Assembly (NCBI RefSeq): GCF_000400465.1
Contig: NW_008806277.1
Span: 300,001-362,000, forward strand
Origin: Wallemia ichthyophaga EXF-994
Lineage: Eukaryota; Fungi; Basidiomycota
DNA: 62,000 nucleotides
Direction: 5' to 3'
The translations under genes and the position numbers were made by a program. The notes below the pieces were generated by a model that searched no databases, had not been told where the DNA came from, and saw nothing but the letters and a program-made list of their open reading frames with translations. Below, piece by piece: positions 22,097 through 34,431 of this stretch (positions are counted from its first letter, which is position 1; each line of letters opens with the position of its first letter).

Positions 22097-23792
22097 CTAA
22101 TGTCTACCCGTCAAAGCATCGTATTTGCTCAAGCACGAGTACCATTGGTAGTCTGTCTCAGGTTAGCGTGTTGAGGAATAGACTAAATACTCCACTCACC
22201 AATATTATCACTTGGATCACAATAGCAGCGTCCTAAAGAAGCGTCGCCTTGTGGGCAGTGTTGGAATGGCTGGTGGCGGTATCTGCAAATATTAAGACAC
22301 GCAGCTTCGCGTAAGCTAACTCACCCAAAATCTTCGAAAAAGTGAATTTGATCTGGTCTAGAGAATAAAGCAGCAGCTATAGAGTGCACCGGTGCATCCC
22401 CCCAGCGCTAAAAGCTAATGTCAGCTCATTTTCTCGCTGAGGAACACCACTGACCTCATAGTAGAAACCACCTGCTTGATCGAGGTAGTCGAAGAAGGCC
22501 TTATATGCAGGTGATCTCCACAGATTAAGATTGGCTATCTCAAAGTTGCTCCAGAAGTGGCAGCGGTTGTATGACTCTCCAGAGTCATCCGAGAGGAATT
22601 TCATAGCGTTATCCTTTGGAATGTGCTCGGGATGATCGCGGATAAAGTCTGGTGTGTGTCAGTTGAGTAGTTAAACAGCCACATTACACCCACCCTTCAC
22701 AGTCTGCCAAAGTGAAGGTATGGTTTCTTCATATTCCAAGAGAGAGACAGTGAAGCCTAAGAGTGCTGTGAGTGGAAATGAGCATGAGTCTTTGGATACC
22801 CACCGTAGTTAATATCGTTTTCTGCAACGAATTTGAATGCTATTGAGGTGATAAGAACTGGTTTAAACCACCACTCAGCAACTCACGGTCATAATCAACG
22901 TCGCAGTAGAGCTAAAACGTGTCAACAATGCTTAAAGAAACCTCTAAAGACCTGTACGAACACTAATATCTGGTCTGATAGTTTTCTGTAAGCAAAGGGC
23001 CATATTAAACACGCGTAACCCACTCAACGCGCCAATAATAATCAAAGTTATTAAGCAGAGGATGTCTCCAGAAGAAACCAGAGTTGAATCTGCACATGTT
23101 TCTATAAGGTACTGAATTAGCGTAAGGCACGACGCCAAGTTTCTCCATATTGTGTCTGTTCTCAGCAGCTAAAGTCTCGTTGATGAAGCTAGGCTGATTC
23201 CAGTGATCACTGGGGATAGTACCGTAGTGACAATGTGAACTAGCGAGTGCCTGTGTGTGACTGTGCTGTTTGTAAGCCACAAATGGGCACATTTACGCTG
23301 TAGTACTTTAACACACGCTTTGAATTCATCGTTGAAAGGTTTATCATTGAGGAATACCCATTCGTCTAAGAAGCACGTGAGCTGGACAGCCTCATCACCA
23401 CGCACTCCACTCACAGCCAAACTTGCTATTGAATCTGTCCTCGCTTTGGGTGGCGTTAGATGCCTTTTCGAAGCAGCTGTAAAAACGCACACCGCTCTCA
23501 TTGATGGCAGGAACGAATAGAGATCTGAATTCCTCGCTAAAACGACAAACGCAGCTTTTTGAAGATCTTTGGGATCCAAACCGTTGGTGTTGCTCAGTGG
23601 GGGGCGGTGATAAGAAGATTTGTGATCCTTGTTGTTTAATCGAAGTATTCTTGGTGTGTATTGCGTAGGCTGGGTGATGGACAGCAGCAGCACCAGCGAA
23701 ATCTAAAGCTGTTTCAATGAAATACACAGCGCATACGCTCCCCCTACCACTCCTGTAACTATCAGCAATCCCGCTCTCCAAAGGCGGTGCAT
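22097..23792 (-). CDS. GT15 alpha-1,2-mannosyltransferase (Kre2/Mnt1/Ktr family), type II membrane protein
   Basis: N-terminal TM segment, KAAFVVLARNSDL, SYRNMCRFNSGFFWRHPLL..FDYYWRVE, YNRCHFWSNFEIA...GGFYYE and a C-terminal CYCD...SCL motif. Confidence 0.9.
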
Positions 23793-23862
23793 TATGATGA
23801 CGGTGGTTAAGGAACGTTGAATTTCCGCGTGAAAATATTCATCTATTTTTTTATTTTTTTAT

Positions 23863-26800
23863 TCATTTATTCACAGTTTGATTTATGAAACCATAAAGCG
23901 CATTCCCCTGATCTACTCCCAATATATCCCTCATATCTTTGTTTGTCATGTCCACCAAATGACGTATTGAGTTTACTTTGTTGGGTATATATTGGTAATT
24001 CTTCCCTGAAACTCCAGGCATGCTCTTCATCACTTCCACTGGCGTCATTGTCCAATTCTCTTCAATCAGATCCTCCAGTCCCGCTTCATCCGTACCCACA
24101 CCGCTCGCTTTCTCCACATCCGGCTCTTCCCTCTGTACCTTAAGATCGCTAAATATCTCTGCTGTCTGTCTCGGCGACGACGACCATATGATCCGAAGCC
24201 GAGGAAACGATATCGTCAGCATTACTAGTCTTGATTGGAATATCTCTGTGGGTGATGTACCCGTTATACGCGTCTTTTGAGCTGCAGCGGGGTGTAAATT
24301 CTTTTTAGATTCCGCTATTGTCTGTATTTATCGTCAGTCACGTGTCTGCCCGCACACCTCATTCCCTACCTCTAGTGAGAACGACCGGTTTTCCTCAAAT
24401 TCGATCAGTAGTATAGGTGTCTTATAGTATGTGCTCATGTATTCACACTGTGTGAACAGTCTACCCGATTGGAATGACTGGTTCAGATCTGTTAAACTCT
24501 TGCGCTCGACTACCATCGTAGGATCCAAGACATAGTCTCCAACTGTAAGCGTTGTAGGCTGCACGTCAAAGTTAGCTGAATGAAGTATACCTGGCAGCGA
24601 TGATCTGAACTCTCGAACATCAACCACTACCTGTGTGTGTGTAAGCAGTGGAAAGCTGGTGCATTATCTCTCGCCGCGCGCTTACTATTGGCTGCTTATC
24701 GCCGACTACTTGCTGGCCACCCGCTACACGCGCCGACAGAGCACTCAAGTAGTGGTCAGTCCCTGCCCGCGTCGACTCCTTCTCAAACAGAGGCAGGAGC
24801 ATTGTCTGCAGTTGAAAAATTTAGTTATCGAAAACCCACTCATTCCAAAACCCACAGATTTCTCGCGGATCAGTCTCTCAAAAGCATCCTTTTCTTTACG
24901 CAACCCAGATAAATACCTCTGCTCCTCCACCGACGCATTGTACAGCAAGAAGTACAGTCTAATGTCGATGTGAGGGTTGGATGATTTGTAAACCTAAACC
25001 AAGTAAGCTAAATTACCCCACTATACCCCTTCAACTCACCTCAACTCTCCTAACGAATGCCGGATCAGGATCATACATAACGATGAACTTTGGTTTGATT
25101 TCATCCAGGAGCGCATCGTCATCATCACCTCTATAAGCCCTGATGAGCAAAGTATCCTCCTCCTCCATCAATCCGTACTCGTCATTATCATCATGCGGCC
25201 ATATTTCATTAACATCTGTTGTAAGAAGCCATTGAGGGAGGTTATCGAAAAAATCGTAATCTTCATCGTCATCCTCGTCTGAGAGCTCTATCACTTCCTT
25301 ATCTTTGCCAGACCTCTGAGATTGACTGTGAGAATGTGTTAGATGAAGATAACGCTGAGAAATGCCAATTCACCTACAACTGTGCAATTTGCTTTGCTTC
25401 TGCTTCAAGCGGCGATTCAGCATTCGCGTCTAAATTGTTGTGTGTCTTGCGCGATGACGCGACGGATGCCATAACAGATCCTCCACGCACGCGTCGTCTG
25501 TTGTGACCATACGCGGTAGCTCCTTCATTTCTCCTAAATTGCTCCTTCCTCTGCAAGGCGGCAGAAGTGGCCTGAGAATTGCCTTGCTCAACTGCATTCT
25601 TGTCGCTAGACGATGAATTTTTGGACGGACTGCCAGCATTTGTGTTAGCAACATTGCTCTGCGCATTAAACTTCATATTGGTTGACATTATTCCCACATT
25701 TGCCTTGAATTTCTCGAGGTGATCTCTCAGCAACCTCTTCATCATCTTAGGTGCCTTTTTCTTTAAATGTGTTGAATGTGTTTTGCTATTATCATCTTCG
25801 CATTGACTGAGGTACTCTGTTAGCTGTATGACTGTCCTATTAGTCCCGCACATGATCAGAGTCATGTTATTCTCGCTCTGCGTTAGACCCTTGTTAAATT
25901 GTATGTTGTTGTCTATCTCTGCCAGTATCTCTGTCAACACTCCCCATTTCGGCTGTTCTTCTAGGACCGGAACTATGTTGGGCGGCAGCCACGACGCTCC
26001 ACCTCCACGACCGTTCTCGACCACTTTGTATGTCCGCTCTTTAGCTACACTGAAGATAGCATCGGCTGGGTCGAGATACAGCCAATGTGACGGAGTTTTG
26101 TTACCTGTACTCGAACTCTTATATTCATTCAGGTTGGATTGATAGATAGATTCGAGCAATTCTTCAAACTCGACACACGAATAGTTGAGCAGGAATGAGA
26201 GAAGATTGCGCAGTGTGCTAAGATCTTCAATCAGTCGCTTAGTTTTTGGTTTGATGAGGTGCCAGACGGGCAGTAGCTGCATCTTTATAATCTTGTCAAA
26301 ACTCCTGAACAGGGCGTTATCAACGGTGAAGTCATCAATATCGAGATTTGCGACATTGCCCTTCTTGATTTCCTGTATTGTAGCATCCATACACTGCAGG
26401 ATAGAGTGCTGTAAGTTGAGCATAGACTTTGTCAGCGATGGGTATAGTTCTACGACGTCAGCCTTGCGTTTGTCGAGATCTTCCTGGATAGTTTCGTGGA
26501 AACGCGGCCATATCCAGACCTTCCTGAGACCCAAAGAACGTAAAACAGTCTGCAGTGGCGAGACGCCGCTAGCAAAGAGCTCAGGGTTGTCTGAGAATGC
26601 CTTAAGAAAGCCCTCCTGGAAGTTGCAGGTGAGATAAGGAGTTTTTCACAGTGAAACCGCTCACCTTGTTATACTTGCGGTAAATTCTAGTAATGAAGGT
26701 CTCGAGCGAGGTTGGTGTGACTCTGGGAGGGTTGAGTGATAGTTCCACACAGTCCAGCATAATACCCACTGTTCTGCGTGTAAAATCACCATACCAGAAA

Positions 26801-27215
26801 TAAGATGTACGGGTATGGTTCCATTGAGCATGTCGACGACGAGGATTCGCGAGGTGACAGACACTAAGCCACCCTCCTTATACAACTCCTCCCTCTGCTT
26901 ACTGATCATATCAAAATTGACAACTCTGAGGCCTGGTTTGGCCACGCCCATCGTGCCGAGTAGATCGCCAATGCCGTCTTCCTCTGGTGAATCTGCGTTA
27001 AGCAAGAGAACCAATCTGCGTGGATCAGATTGGAGAGTGAGGAACGAGCACACGACACGCCTCAGTCCCAAGCCTCTAGCGAGGATCAACAGACCAGATT
27101 CGCAGGGATCGAGGTCCTGGGTGGAAGTGTCTGATGGATCTGGTGTTGCCGTGTCTGGTGTTCCTGGAATTAGCTGCCGCAGAATCTCCCGGTGAAATCT
27201 CAATGGGAGTTCCAT
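23863..27215 (-). CDS. RAD1: DNA repair endonuclease XPF/Rad1 (ERCC4 family), multi-exon
   Basis: [25 protein letters not shown], inactive-helicase N-terminal region, ERCC4 nuclease core [12 protein letters not shown]...VGDYVL...[16 protein letters not shown] and HhH2 tail [12 protein letters not shown]. Confidence 0.93.
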
Positions 27216-27281
27216 CAATGATGACGTAACGAGACCAAGTCCAGTGGCGATAAGAAATTTATTTTTTGCGCGCACGCCACC

Positions 27282-28153
27282 ATGCCACCAAAATTCCCAA
27301 ATAAATCTGTGCACTATCTGCGGCTGAATGGGAATGCTGTGATGCAGTGTATCGTTTACTTGGACAATAAGCACCTCGAATGGTTCAGCCGCAGAATCCT
27401 CGAGTGCGTCATACGCGATATCCGGAAGCTGTACATGCCCAAGCTGTTGGCAGAGTTGCAAAGTGGCAAGGCTGAGCTAGACACGTACAGGAACCAGGGC
27501 TATCAATTTGCCTACTACTTCAAACCCACGCGCGACAAGCAGGGCGTTGTGAGCAAGGCCCACCAAATGACGTACATTCCTTCGTCTAAGCGTACAGTGC
27601 GACAGAAGCCTGAGCCAAGGCGTAATCAATCTGGTGAGACTGCAGAAGAGCTATTTGTCGATGACGACGGTGACGACTATGACGACGCTCAATTCGAAGA
27701 GAAACCAAAACCCAAGGTCAACACAAGCTACAAAATGAACAAACTCTTCTCAAAGACACTTTGCGTGAGTGAAGTGGCTAGCAATACAGCGCACAATATC
27801 TGACACGCGCTATCCAGATTATCATAGAACCATTCCCTTCGCTGGAAGAGTCGCATGTGGAGGGGACGATGCATCCACCCATTATGCCATCGCCATCGTC
27901 TCCTCCGCAGGGTGATATGCCAGGCGACACACATATACCAGACTCACTCGCAGATCCAGAAGATATCAAACCAGACATCAACACAATCAGCAACAGCAGT
28001 CCTCAACTCCCCTCTTCTACTCAGGCACTTTTCAACGACTTCAACTTGAACAATCCTGGCAGCTCCCTCTCCTTTTCGCAGATGGTCCAGAATGACCATT
28101 TCGGCGATAGGGTTGCTGAAATTGATGAGGAGAATGATGTAATGTATGAGTGA
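27282..28153 (+). CDS. Hypothetical protein (two exons), function unknown
   Basis: ORF 27282-27803 continues via intron gtgagt..ccag into IIIEPFPSL...; stop TGA at 28151-28153. Globular-looking N-terminus with an acidic/Pro-rich tail. Confidence 0.7.
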
Positions 28154-28158
28154 TTCTA

Positions 28159-30433
28159 CTACTTCAGGCTTTGTCTCGACGAAGACTTGGCCAGCAGCTT
28201 CTCATGTCTCCGGCTAGTCTGGTTGAGGTCTTTGAGGAGCGCGTCGTGCCTCTTCTTGAGACTGTCCATACGCCAATTGAGTGTTTTTGGAGGGGGTGAC
28301 TTGATGGCGTTTTCTGGATGCGCTTTGTTCCCATCAGCTCTCTCAATCTTCTCTATATTCTCACTCTTCTCCATCTCCGGCAGATCGCCCAGCGCGCTGA
28401 ACCTGGACGATGATTTGGTCAACCTCGACGAGCTGGCCCTGCTAGAGAGGGTATGAGTTGGGCGAGAGGGAGCGTCTTTGAGTGTGTTGAGAGTATTCTG
28501 TGTAGAGTGTGTACCAGTAGAGCGGATATTAGGCGAGGATTTGTACTGTTTACTGAGCAACGGGCTGGCATTGGTAGTGGCGGTGGTAGTTGTTGTAGTG
28601 GTAGTAGTAGCACCACCATTAGCACTTACACCGCCCGCACTCAACCTAGACAAACTAATTTGCGAGTTCATCCTCCCCAGACTGGACCTACTCTCGACTC
28701 TCTTGAGCGGCGATTCGCGGTAGCCACCCGCATCAGCCTGGGTGTTGTCATCCACTGACGAAAGATCGCTGCTGTACGACACAGTGCGCGGTATACCTTC
28801 CACCATGTCTACCTTCTCCACATTCTCCACGCCCGCCAAATCGACTGTCCAGTCCAGTCGCTTTTTCGCTGAGAGTCCGACACATTGCTGCATCTCCAAG
28901 AAAGCCTGCTCTTCAGAAACATTCCGACTACGCGGGTTGGTTGATGTGTGGATGTTGTGGAAAGACAGTTTGAATGGTGTCTCTGGGGCGTGTAGGGGGG
29001 TGTCTCCCATACTTGCAAATGTGTTAGCATTTGCTTTGTTACTAGTGTGTGTGTCGCTGCTGCTGTGAGGGAATAAATTTTCAACTGTTGGTATATAATC
29101 AAAGTCCATCCATTCGTTAGATGGCGTGAATGTGAAAGGGCTGCTTGAACTCTTGTCGCGCGTGTCGTCCACACTCGCACTCCAACTCCCACTGACAGAG
29201 TTAGCAGCCTGGAAGAGAGCGCTGAAGTCGAAAGCGTTCTGAGGAGTCTTTTGGTGGTGGTCTTGGGGCGGCGTATTATTCCCCTCGCTTTCGCTCCCCT
29301 CCACCAGCTCATTTAGAGTGTGATCGTAGTATGTCGAGGGCACGGCGCGTTGCTCAACGCCATTCCAGTCGACGCCACGGAAAAAGACATGGTGCTTAAC
29401 CTGCTCCGTGCCACTATACCCCAATCGTTCCGTCTGTGGTTTGAATAGGCCCACGAGCAATGCGCGGAGATCGTCGTCTGAGCGACAGTGAATTTGGTCA
29501 TCACCCAGCGCATACTGATGCATCTTGATGCGGTTGTACGTCTCCCCGACGCTCTCTGCGAAAAAAGGTGTAATTCCGAATGCGAGTTCGTAGAGCACAA
29601 CGCCGAAGCTCCACCAGTCGCTCTCTGGGCCGTATAAACCTGGGGAATTATCGCTGTCTTTCTCCTTGTCCTTCTCGTTATCATTCACGTTATCATTCTC
29701 ATTCGCCTGCTCAGCTACCAGGTATTCTTCCGCTGCGAGAAGTATCTCTGGCGAGACATAGTCGGGCGTACCCACCAAGCCGACGCTGTCAATTTTGCGT
29801 GCGCGCTGCACACCAGCGTAATCGAGGAGCGCGGTAGCCGCTCCAAAGTCAGTAAGGAGAAGGTGATCGTCAGAGGCGATGAGCATGTTTTGCGGCTTGA
29901 GGTCGCGGTGCAGCCAGTGCACGTCATCATGTAGCCATTGTAGGGCGGCGAGAAGCTGAGCGCCGTAGTTGCGTATGGTCTGGGCAGGCAGCGTCTTCTC
30001 GTCTTGCATTTCGAGCAGCTCGAGGAGAGTGCCGTTGCTGGCGAGTGGGAGTTGCAGTAAGAGGTCCGTATCCGTTTGGAACGCAGAGATCATCGGCATA
30101 CAATGGCTGCTTTTGTGTGTCAACGCTAGCAGATGCACGCTGCGCTCGTTGTGTGGATTGCTGTACTGCAAGTATGCGTGAATAGCAGCGTTAATGAGAG
30201 AAATACTAACGCACACTAATATGTCTCCTGCTAAAACCTTTATTCATCACCTTCAACGCGTAAAATGACCCATTCAGTCGGCATTTGGCTAGCTGAATTG
30301 TGCCGAACTGCCCTTTGCTGATCAACTTGAGCGTCTTGAAATCTGTGCTGTTTATATGCAATTGATTATATTTTACATCATTTCCCTTAATATTTCTTAG
30401 CTCCTTGCGACGTTTCAACCATTCTTCCATCAT
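28159..30433 (-). CDS. AGC-group Ser/Thr protein kinase (DMPK/ROCK/NDR-like), one intron near the N-terminus
   Basis: ISKGQFGTIQLAK..YALKVM, HRDLKPQNML, TDFGAA, GLVGTPDYVSPEIL, SDWWSFGVVLYELAFGITPF and VKHHVFFRGVDW; Ser/Thr-rich tail with a terminal coiled coil. Confidence 0.9.
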
Positions 30434-30454
30434 GTCGATGATGATGGCATCGGT

Positions 30455-33045
30455 TCAAGCGACGTACCGGTAAATCATCCGATTTTCAGTACGTTCGAGG
30501 TATTCTCGCTGTTTGTCCCGTTAAAATGTCCTCATTATCTACTCCACACTTACCTCTATCAACGCCTCTATCCGCTTCTTGATCGCTTGCGGCGTGGGGG
30601 CGAACCGCGAGCCTAGCATCTTTGAAGCTTCAATTACTATCTCGTTATGAGATGCTTGTTTCCTTGACTTCATTATCCTCACAACACACGCCTGTTTTAT
30701 TTTTGTCAAATTTTCACTTTCTCACTTTCCACTAATCACACTCACGTCAGTCTGGTGCTTGCGCTCCTCCTCAACCTTTTCATCTGTTTCTTTTCGCTCT
30801 TCGCTCGTCTCTACGCGGTTTGCTATCGTCGCTATCTTGATCTTGGCCAGTGGGGAGCTGAAGTTAAGATTGACGCGGAAGCTATCTGACGCGCGTACCT
30901 CCTTCCCTTTAGGATCCTTCTCTAGCAGTTTATACTTACCGCATGCCAGCGTCTGCAGATTCCGCTTTAGTTCATTCTCGGGTATGTTAGTCGTCGACAG
31001 TATGTCACTGTACTTCAGCCACTTTCCATCCTCGACATCATCAAACAGCAGCAAAACGATGGCGCCGAGAGTCGACACATTCACATCGTATTTCCTCTCT
31101 TGGTACTCCACCTTCATGTCCACGGTCCCCTGCGTCACTTGCCATAGCATCCGTCTACCGCTGTGGCGCTGGAGGTAGAAACGCTCGTACTGCTGCTGCA
31201 TCCTCGTCATTACATCAGGCAGAGTTGCTGTGTTTACCTGTGCCGGCATTGGCCAGTACGAAGCGGTGAGAACATTTACATTCAGTTCGGCCTTGTCGGA
31301 GGGCTGTGAGGTGTATGAGAAGCGTGAAGCACAAGACATAAAGTCATCCCACCTTTTCTTTAATACTCAAGTGATTTTTATACGCTCTCATATTGTCTGC
31401 AGATGTGCGCATGTCTGTGTACAGTCATAGTTAGCATGAGTATCTCGCAAAAACCTCCACCAACCATTGAACATTCCCTCCATCTTTTGCGTAAACTGAA
31501 CTCCACATTCCACTTTCAGCTTGGCCAGCATTCCACGCTCGGCATCGTCAGACACTGACCTGCCCTGAATCAATCTGCGTGCAAGATGTCTCTTATAAAA
31601 CACCTCAAAGACATCCTTGTCAACGAGGAATCTAAACAAAACTATTGTCTGATCGAGCACCTCGTCTGCCTCATCTTCACTCTTTCCCTTGAGACCTTTC
31701 TTGAGGTTATCGTCGATGAAAAGGGAGATGAATTCTGAAGCTTTGGTGTTCATGTTGACAAAGTTTTCAAATCCTTCATTTATATATGTTTGGACATCCT
31801 CGTCGTGTTTAAAAGCCTTCTGCCAGAGATTGTCAAACTTTAGCTTGAGTTGGAGTGTCTGTTTGACCCATTGGAGGGCGAGATTGAGGGTGGAAACGTC
31901 ACTGGATGGAGGCTTCTTCGAGTCGTTTTTGGGTTCGTGTATGAGCGAGAAGACATCCGAGTTGATCGCCTGGCCGCGTCTAATGACGTCTTCTTTGATT
32001 GCTTTCCGCAGAGCAGGTGGACCGTGAGTGGGTATGAGATGAAAAAGGTTGTGAAGTCTTGAGAGGTCTTGAATAGCATCATTTTCAATCAAATCAACCA
32101 ATTGAGAGAGTATGTCAGGTATTTTGTTAGTCAGGAGTTCATTTTCGAGGACGTGCTGGTAAATGGGAGCTGTGTGGAGACTCAAGTAGTGCGAACAGCG
32201 ATTACTCTCCTCAATCAGCCTATCCTCGACCCTCCTGAGATAAGAAGGGATGTCATTCGACGCGAGGAAGTTGGAGGCTTCTTGGTTGTAGTACTTGACA
32301 CACTCCAATTCAAGTTGTGGCTCTAGTGACAAATTGTAAAGTGAAGAAAGTGAGTCAGAAGGCGGAACATAGCTGGATGGAGTGTTTGGAGGAGTCAATG
32401 ACAAACCTAATAGGATATCACAGCAGGATTTCAATACTGATCTGTTTATAACACAACCATCCCTTTCGAGATGTATTTGAGAGTGGATCGCGTTGAAAAG
32501 GGATGGTTGTATATCAGGGCATGTCTCAGAGTTGAAAAGGACGTGATCTCTGAACAAATTGAGACCGAGCTCCCAAGTATTGGCGACGTTGTTAGATGGG
32601 GTGTAAACTTTATCCATATACTTAAGCACATCGCGTAGCTTGCTCAATGCAGCGATGTGATCGTTCCAAAGGAGAAGAAGGGACTTCAAGAAGGATTCGC
32701 CCGAGTGGAGAGTGTGAGAGAGGGTAATGTCATGTGCCATGTAGCGCCTAGTGAGAGACCTGAGGAAGGAGACAGTGAGCTTGGACAGACCATCGTAGAG
32801 CTTATCGCCGTTCTTGTGGAGTACAAGGGTGTAGGCACTGCGATAGGTCTCCTCAAAAGACAGATTGGAAGCATTGTGGTTTTGGATTTCCTTGATAGCC
32901 ACCGAAAGCCTCTGCCAGGAATCCTCGAAAGATCTCCCGGCGTCGATCTGAGTAATTACGAGATGAATAAAGAAATAATAAATCAAATGTAAAATACCTT
33001 CTTTGGTGGTTTTATCTTTGGTTTCACTGGTCTTCTCGTCGACAT
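30455..33045 (-). CDS. CUL3: Cullin-3, multi-exon
   Basis: IKEIQNHNASNLSFEETYRSAYTLVLHKNG, EFISLFIDDNLKKGLKG, DKDVFEVFYKRHLARRL, SVSDDAERGMLAKLKVECG and the neddylation/C-terminal end AIKKRIEALIE|REYLERTENRMIYRYVA*; TGA at 30455-30457. Confidence 0.93.
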
Positions 33046-33080
33046 GATGATGGCTGTTCTGTTGAAGACTTACTATCGTC

Positions 33081-33596
33081 ATGACTGTAGCACCAGGCAC
33101 TCAAATACCACCAGCTTCCTTCAATTACATCCCCCACTCCAAAGACTCGGAATCAATCCAAGCCTGTGGAATTCCAATATCCCTCAACGCCCATGAGGAG
33201 TGGAAGGGCAAGCGAGTCGTCGTCATCAGCGTACCGGGCGCATTCACTCCGACTTGCCACGCCAACCACCTCCCCCCATTCGTCGCCAAGGCCTCTGAGA
33301 TCCACGATAAGGGCGCAGACGTCATTGCGTTTCTCAGCTCAAACGACCCGTTCGTGTTAAGTGCCTGGGCCAAGTCCGCGGGCGTGAAAGACAACTCTAT
33401 CATCTTCATCAGCGACGGCAACGCGGAGTGGTCAAAGCAATTGGGCCTCGACGTCGACCTCACTAGCAAGGGCATGGGCATGAGGTCCTCCCGCTACGCA
33501 CTCATTATCGACGACCTTAAATTGAGCTACGTTGCACAGGAAGAGCCAGGCAAATTACAAGTGAGCTCTGCAGATGCTATCCTCGCTAACCTGTAA
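33081..33596 (+). CDS. Peroxiredoxin, Prx5/Ahp1/Pmp20 type (Asp f3-like)
   Basis: VPGAFTPTCHANHLP, NDPFVLSAW, SDGNAEWSKQLGL and RSSRYALIIDD; ends in ANL, a PTS1-like tripeptide. Confidence 0.93.
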   Translation: MTVAPGTQIPPASFNYIPHSKDSESIQACGIPISLNAHEEWKGKRVVVISVPGAFTPTCHANHLPPFVAKASEIHDKGADVIAFLSSNDPFVLSAWAKSAGVKDNSIIFISDGNAEWSKQLGLDVDLTSKGMGMRSSRYALIIDDLKLSYVAQEEPGKLQVSSADAILANL

Positions 33597-33822
33597 AGTG
33601 ATATAGCTGTGTATATCCATGTGAAATTTTTCAAAAAGCAATGGTAAACAAAACGGATATGTGAGCGGGATTGCGGGAGATAGCGCCAAATTGATTGACT
33701 GAGAATTACTCATAATACCCGAATTATGATACAGTTTATGATATCATGTGACGCCATTAGGGCTAGATTTTGTTCGATGATCAAGTCCTATTTTTGCGCA
33801 TTCACTTGGAAATCACTTTGAA

Positions 33823-34337
33823 ATGCAATTGTTTGTTGAGCAAGCAAAAAAATCGGCCGAAATCGACTCAAATTCCGTTATTCAAAGCGTGAGTGTCTTG
33901 TGTCTGTTGGGATTGAAGGTGCTCACAGAATCGCCAAAAGCACCCACGCCCACCAAATGAAGCAGCAGCCTTCTCCAAATATCACGAATCCCATCATCTA
34001 GCCACTTGCCGTGAGTTTCGAGGTTCACCTCAGTGGCATCACTCACTAATCCCGCTCAGCTTACTATCCTGAATCGAAAAATCTTACAGGAAATGAAGAA
34101 ATTGATTACAGCCCGATAAGCCCGAGAGCAACAACCTACGACCAGCTCACCCGTAAGCTCAGGAGTACCTCTATCAGTAGACGTGGGTCCCAGATAAAAA
34201 GTCTCAGTTTCGGAAAGGCGCCGCAGAGGAGAAATTCGGTGCACTCGACAACATCGTCGACTGTAATATCTCCGACGTTAGGCTATAAGGAGGACTACGG
34301 ATGTGCGGATGGATATAGTGGCAAGCTGTATAAGTAA
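33823..34337 (+). CDS. Candidate orphan protein, 141 aa, three exons (33823-33888, 33929-34010, 34060-34337)
   Basis: Two introns (gtgagt..ctcac..ag, 40 nt; gtgagt..ctaat..cag, 49 nt) join an ATG to a stop in one open frame; no recognisable domain. Confidence 0.65.
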
Positions 34338-34380
34338 CTTTCTGCTGACGTTCAGGTGTATAAGTTTTTGTGTATCTGTA

Positions 34381-34410
34381 TATATGTTTGTATATGTTTG
34401 TATATGTGTT
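34381..34410. repeat. Imperfect 10-mer tandem (TATATGTTTG)x2 plus TATATGTGTT in a shared 3' region
   Basis: Read directly; lies between convergent stops at 34337 and 34432. Confidence 0.85.
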
Positions 34411-34431
34411 TAACAGCCACGCCAACTATCT

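Noticed and set aside
28809-29930. Several alternative-frame ORFs within the kinase
   Set aside because: Same-strand off-frame or antisense by-products of a GC-richer coding region.
34228-34242. GAGAAATTCGGTG resembles the CR-I motif of yeast RNase P RNA
   Set aside because: No matching CR-V/P4 partner was found, and the motif lies inside exon 3 of a spliceable 141-aa ORF (RRNSVH).
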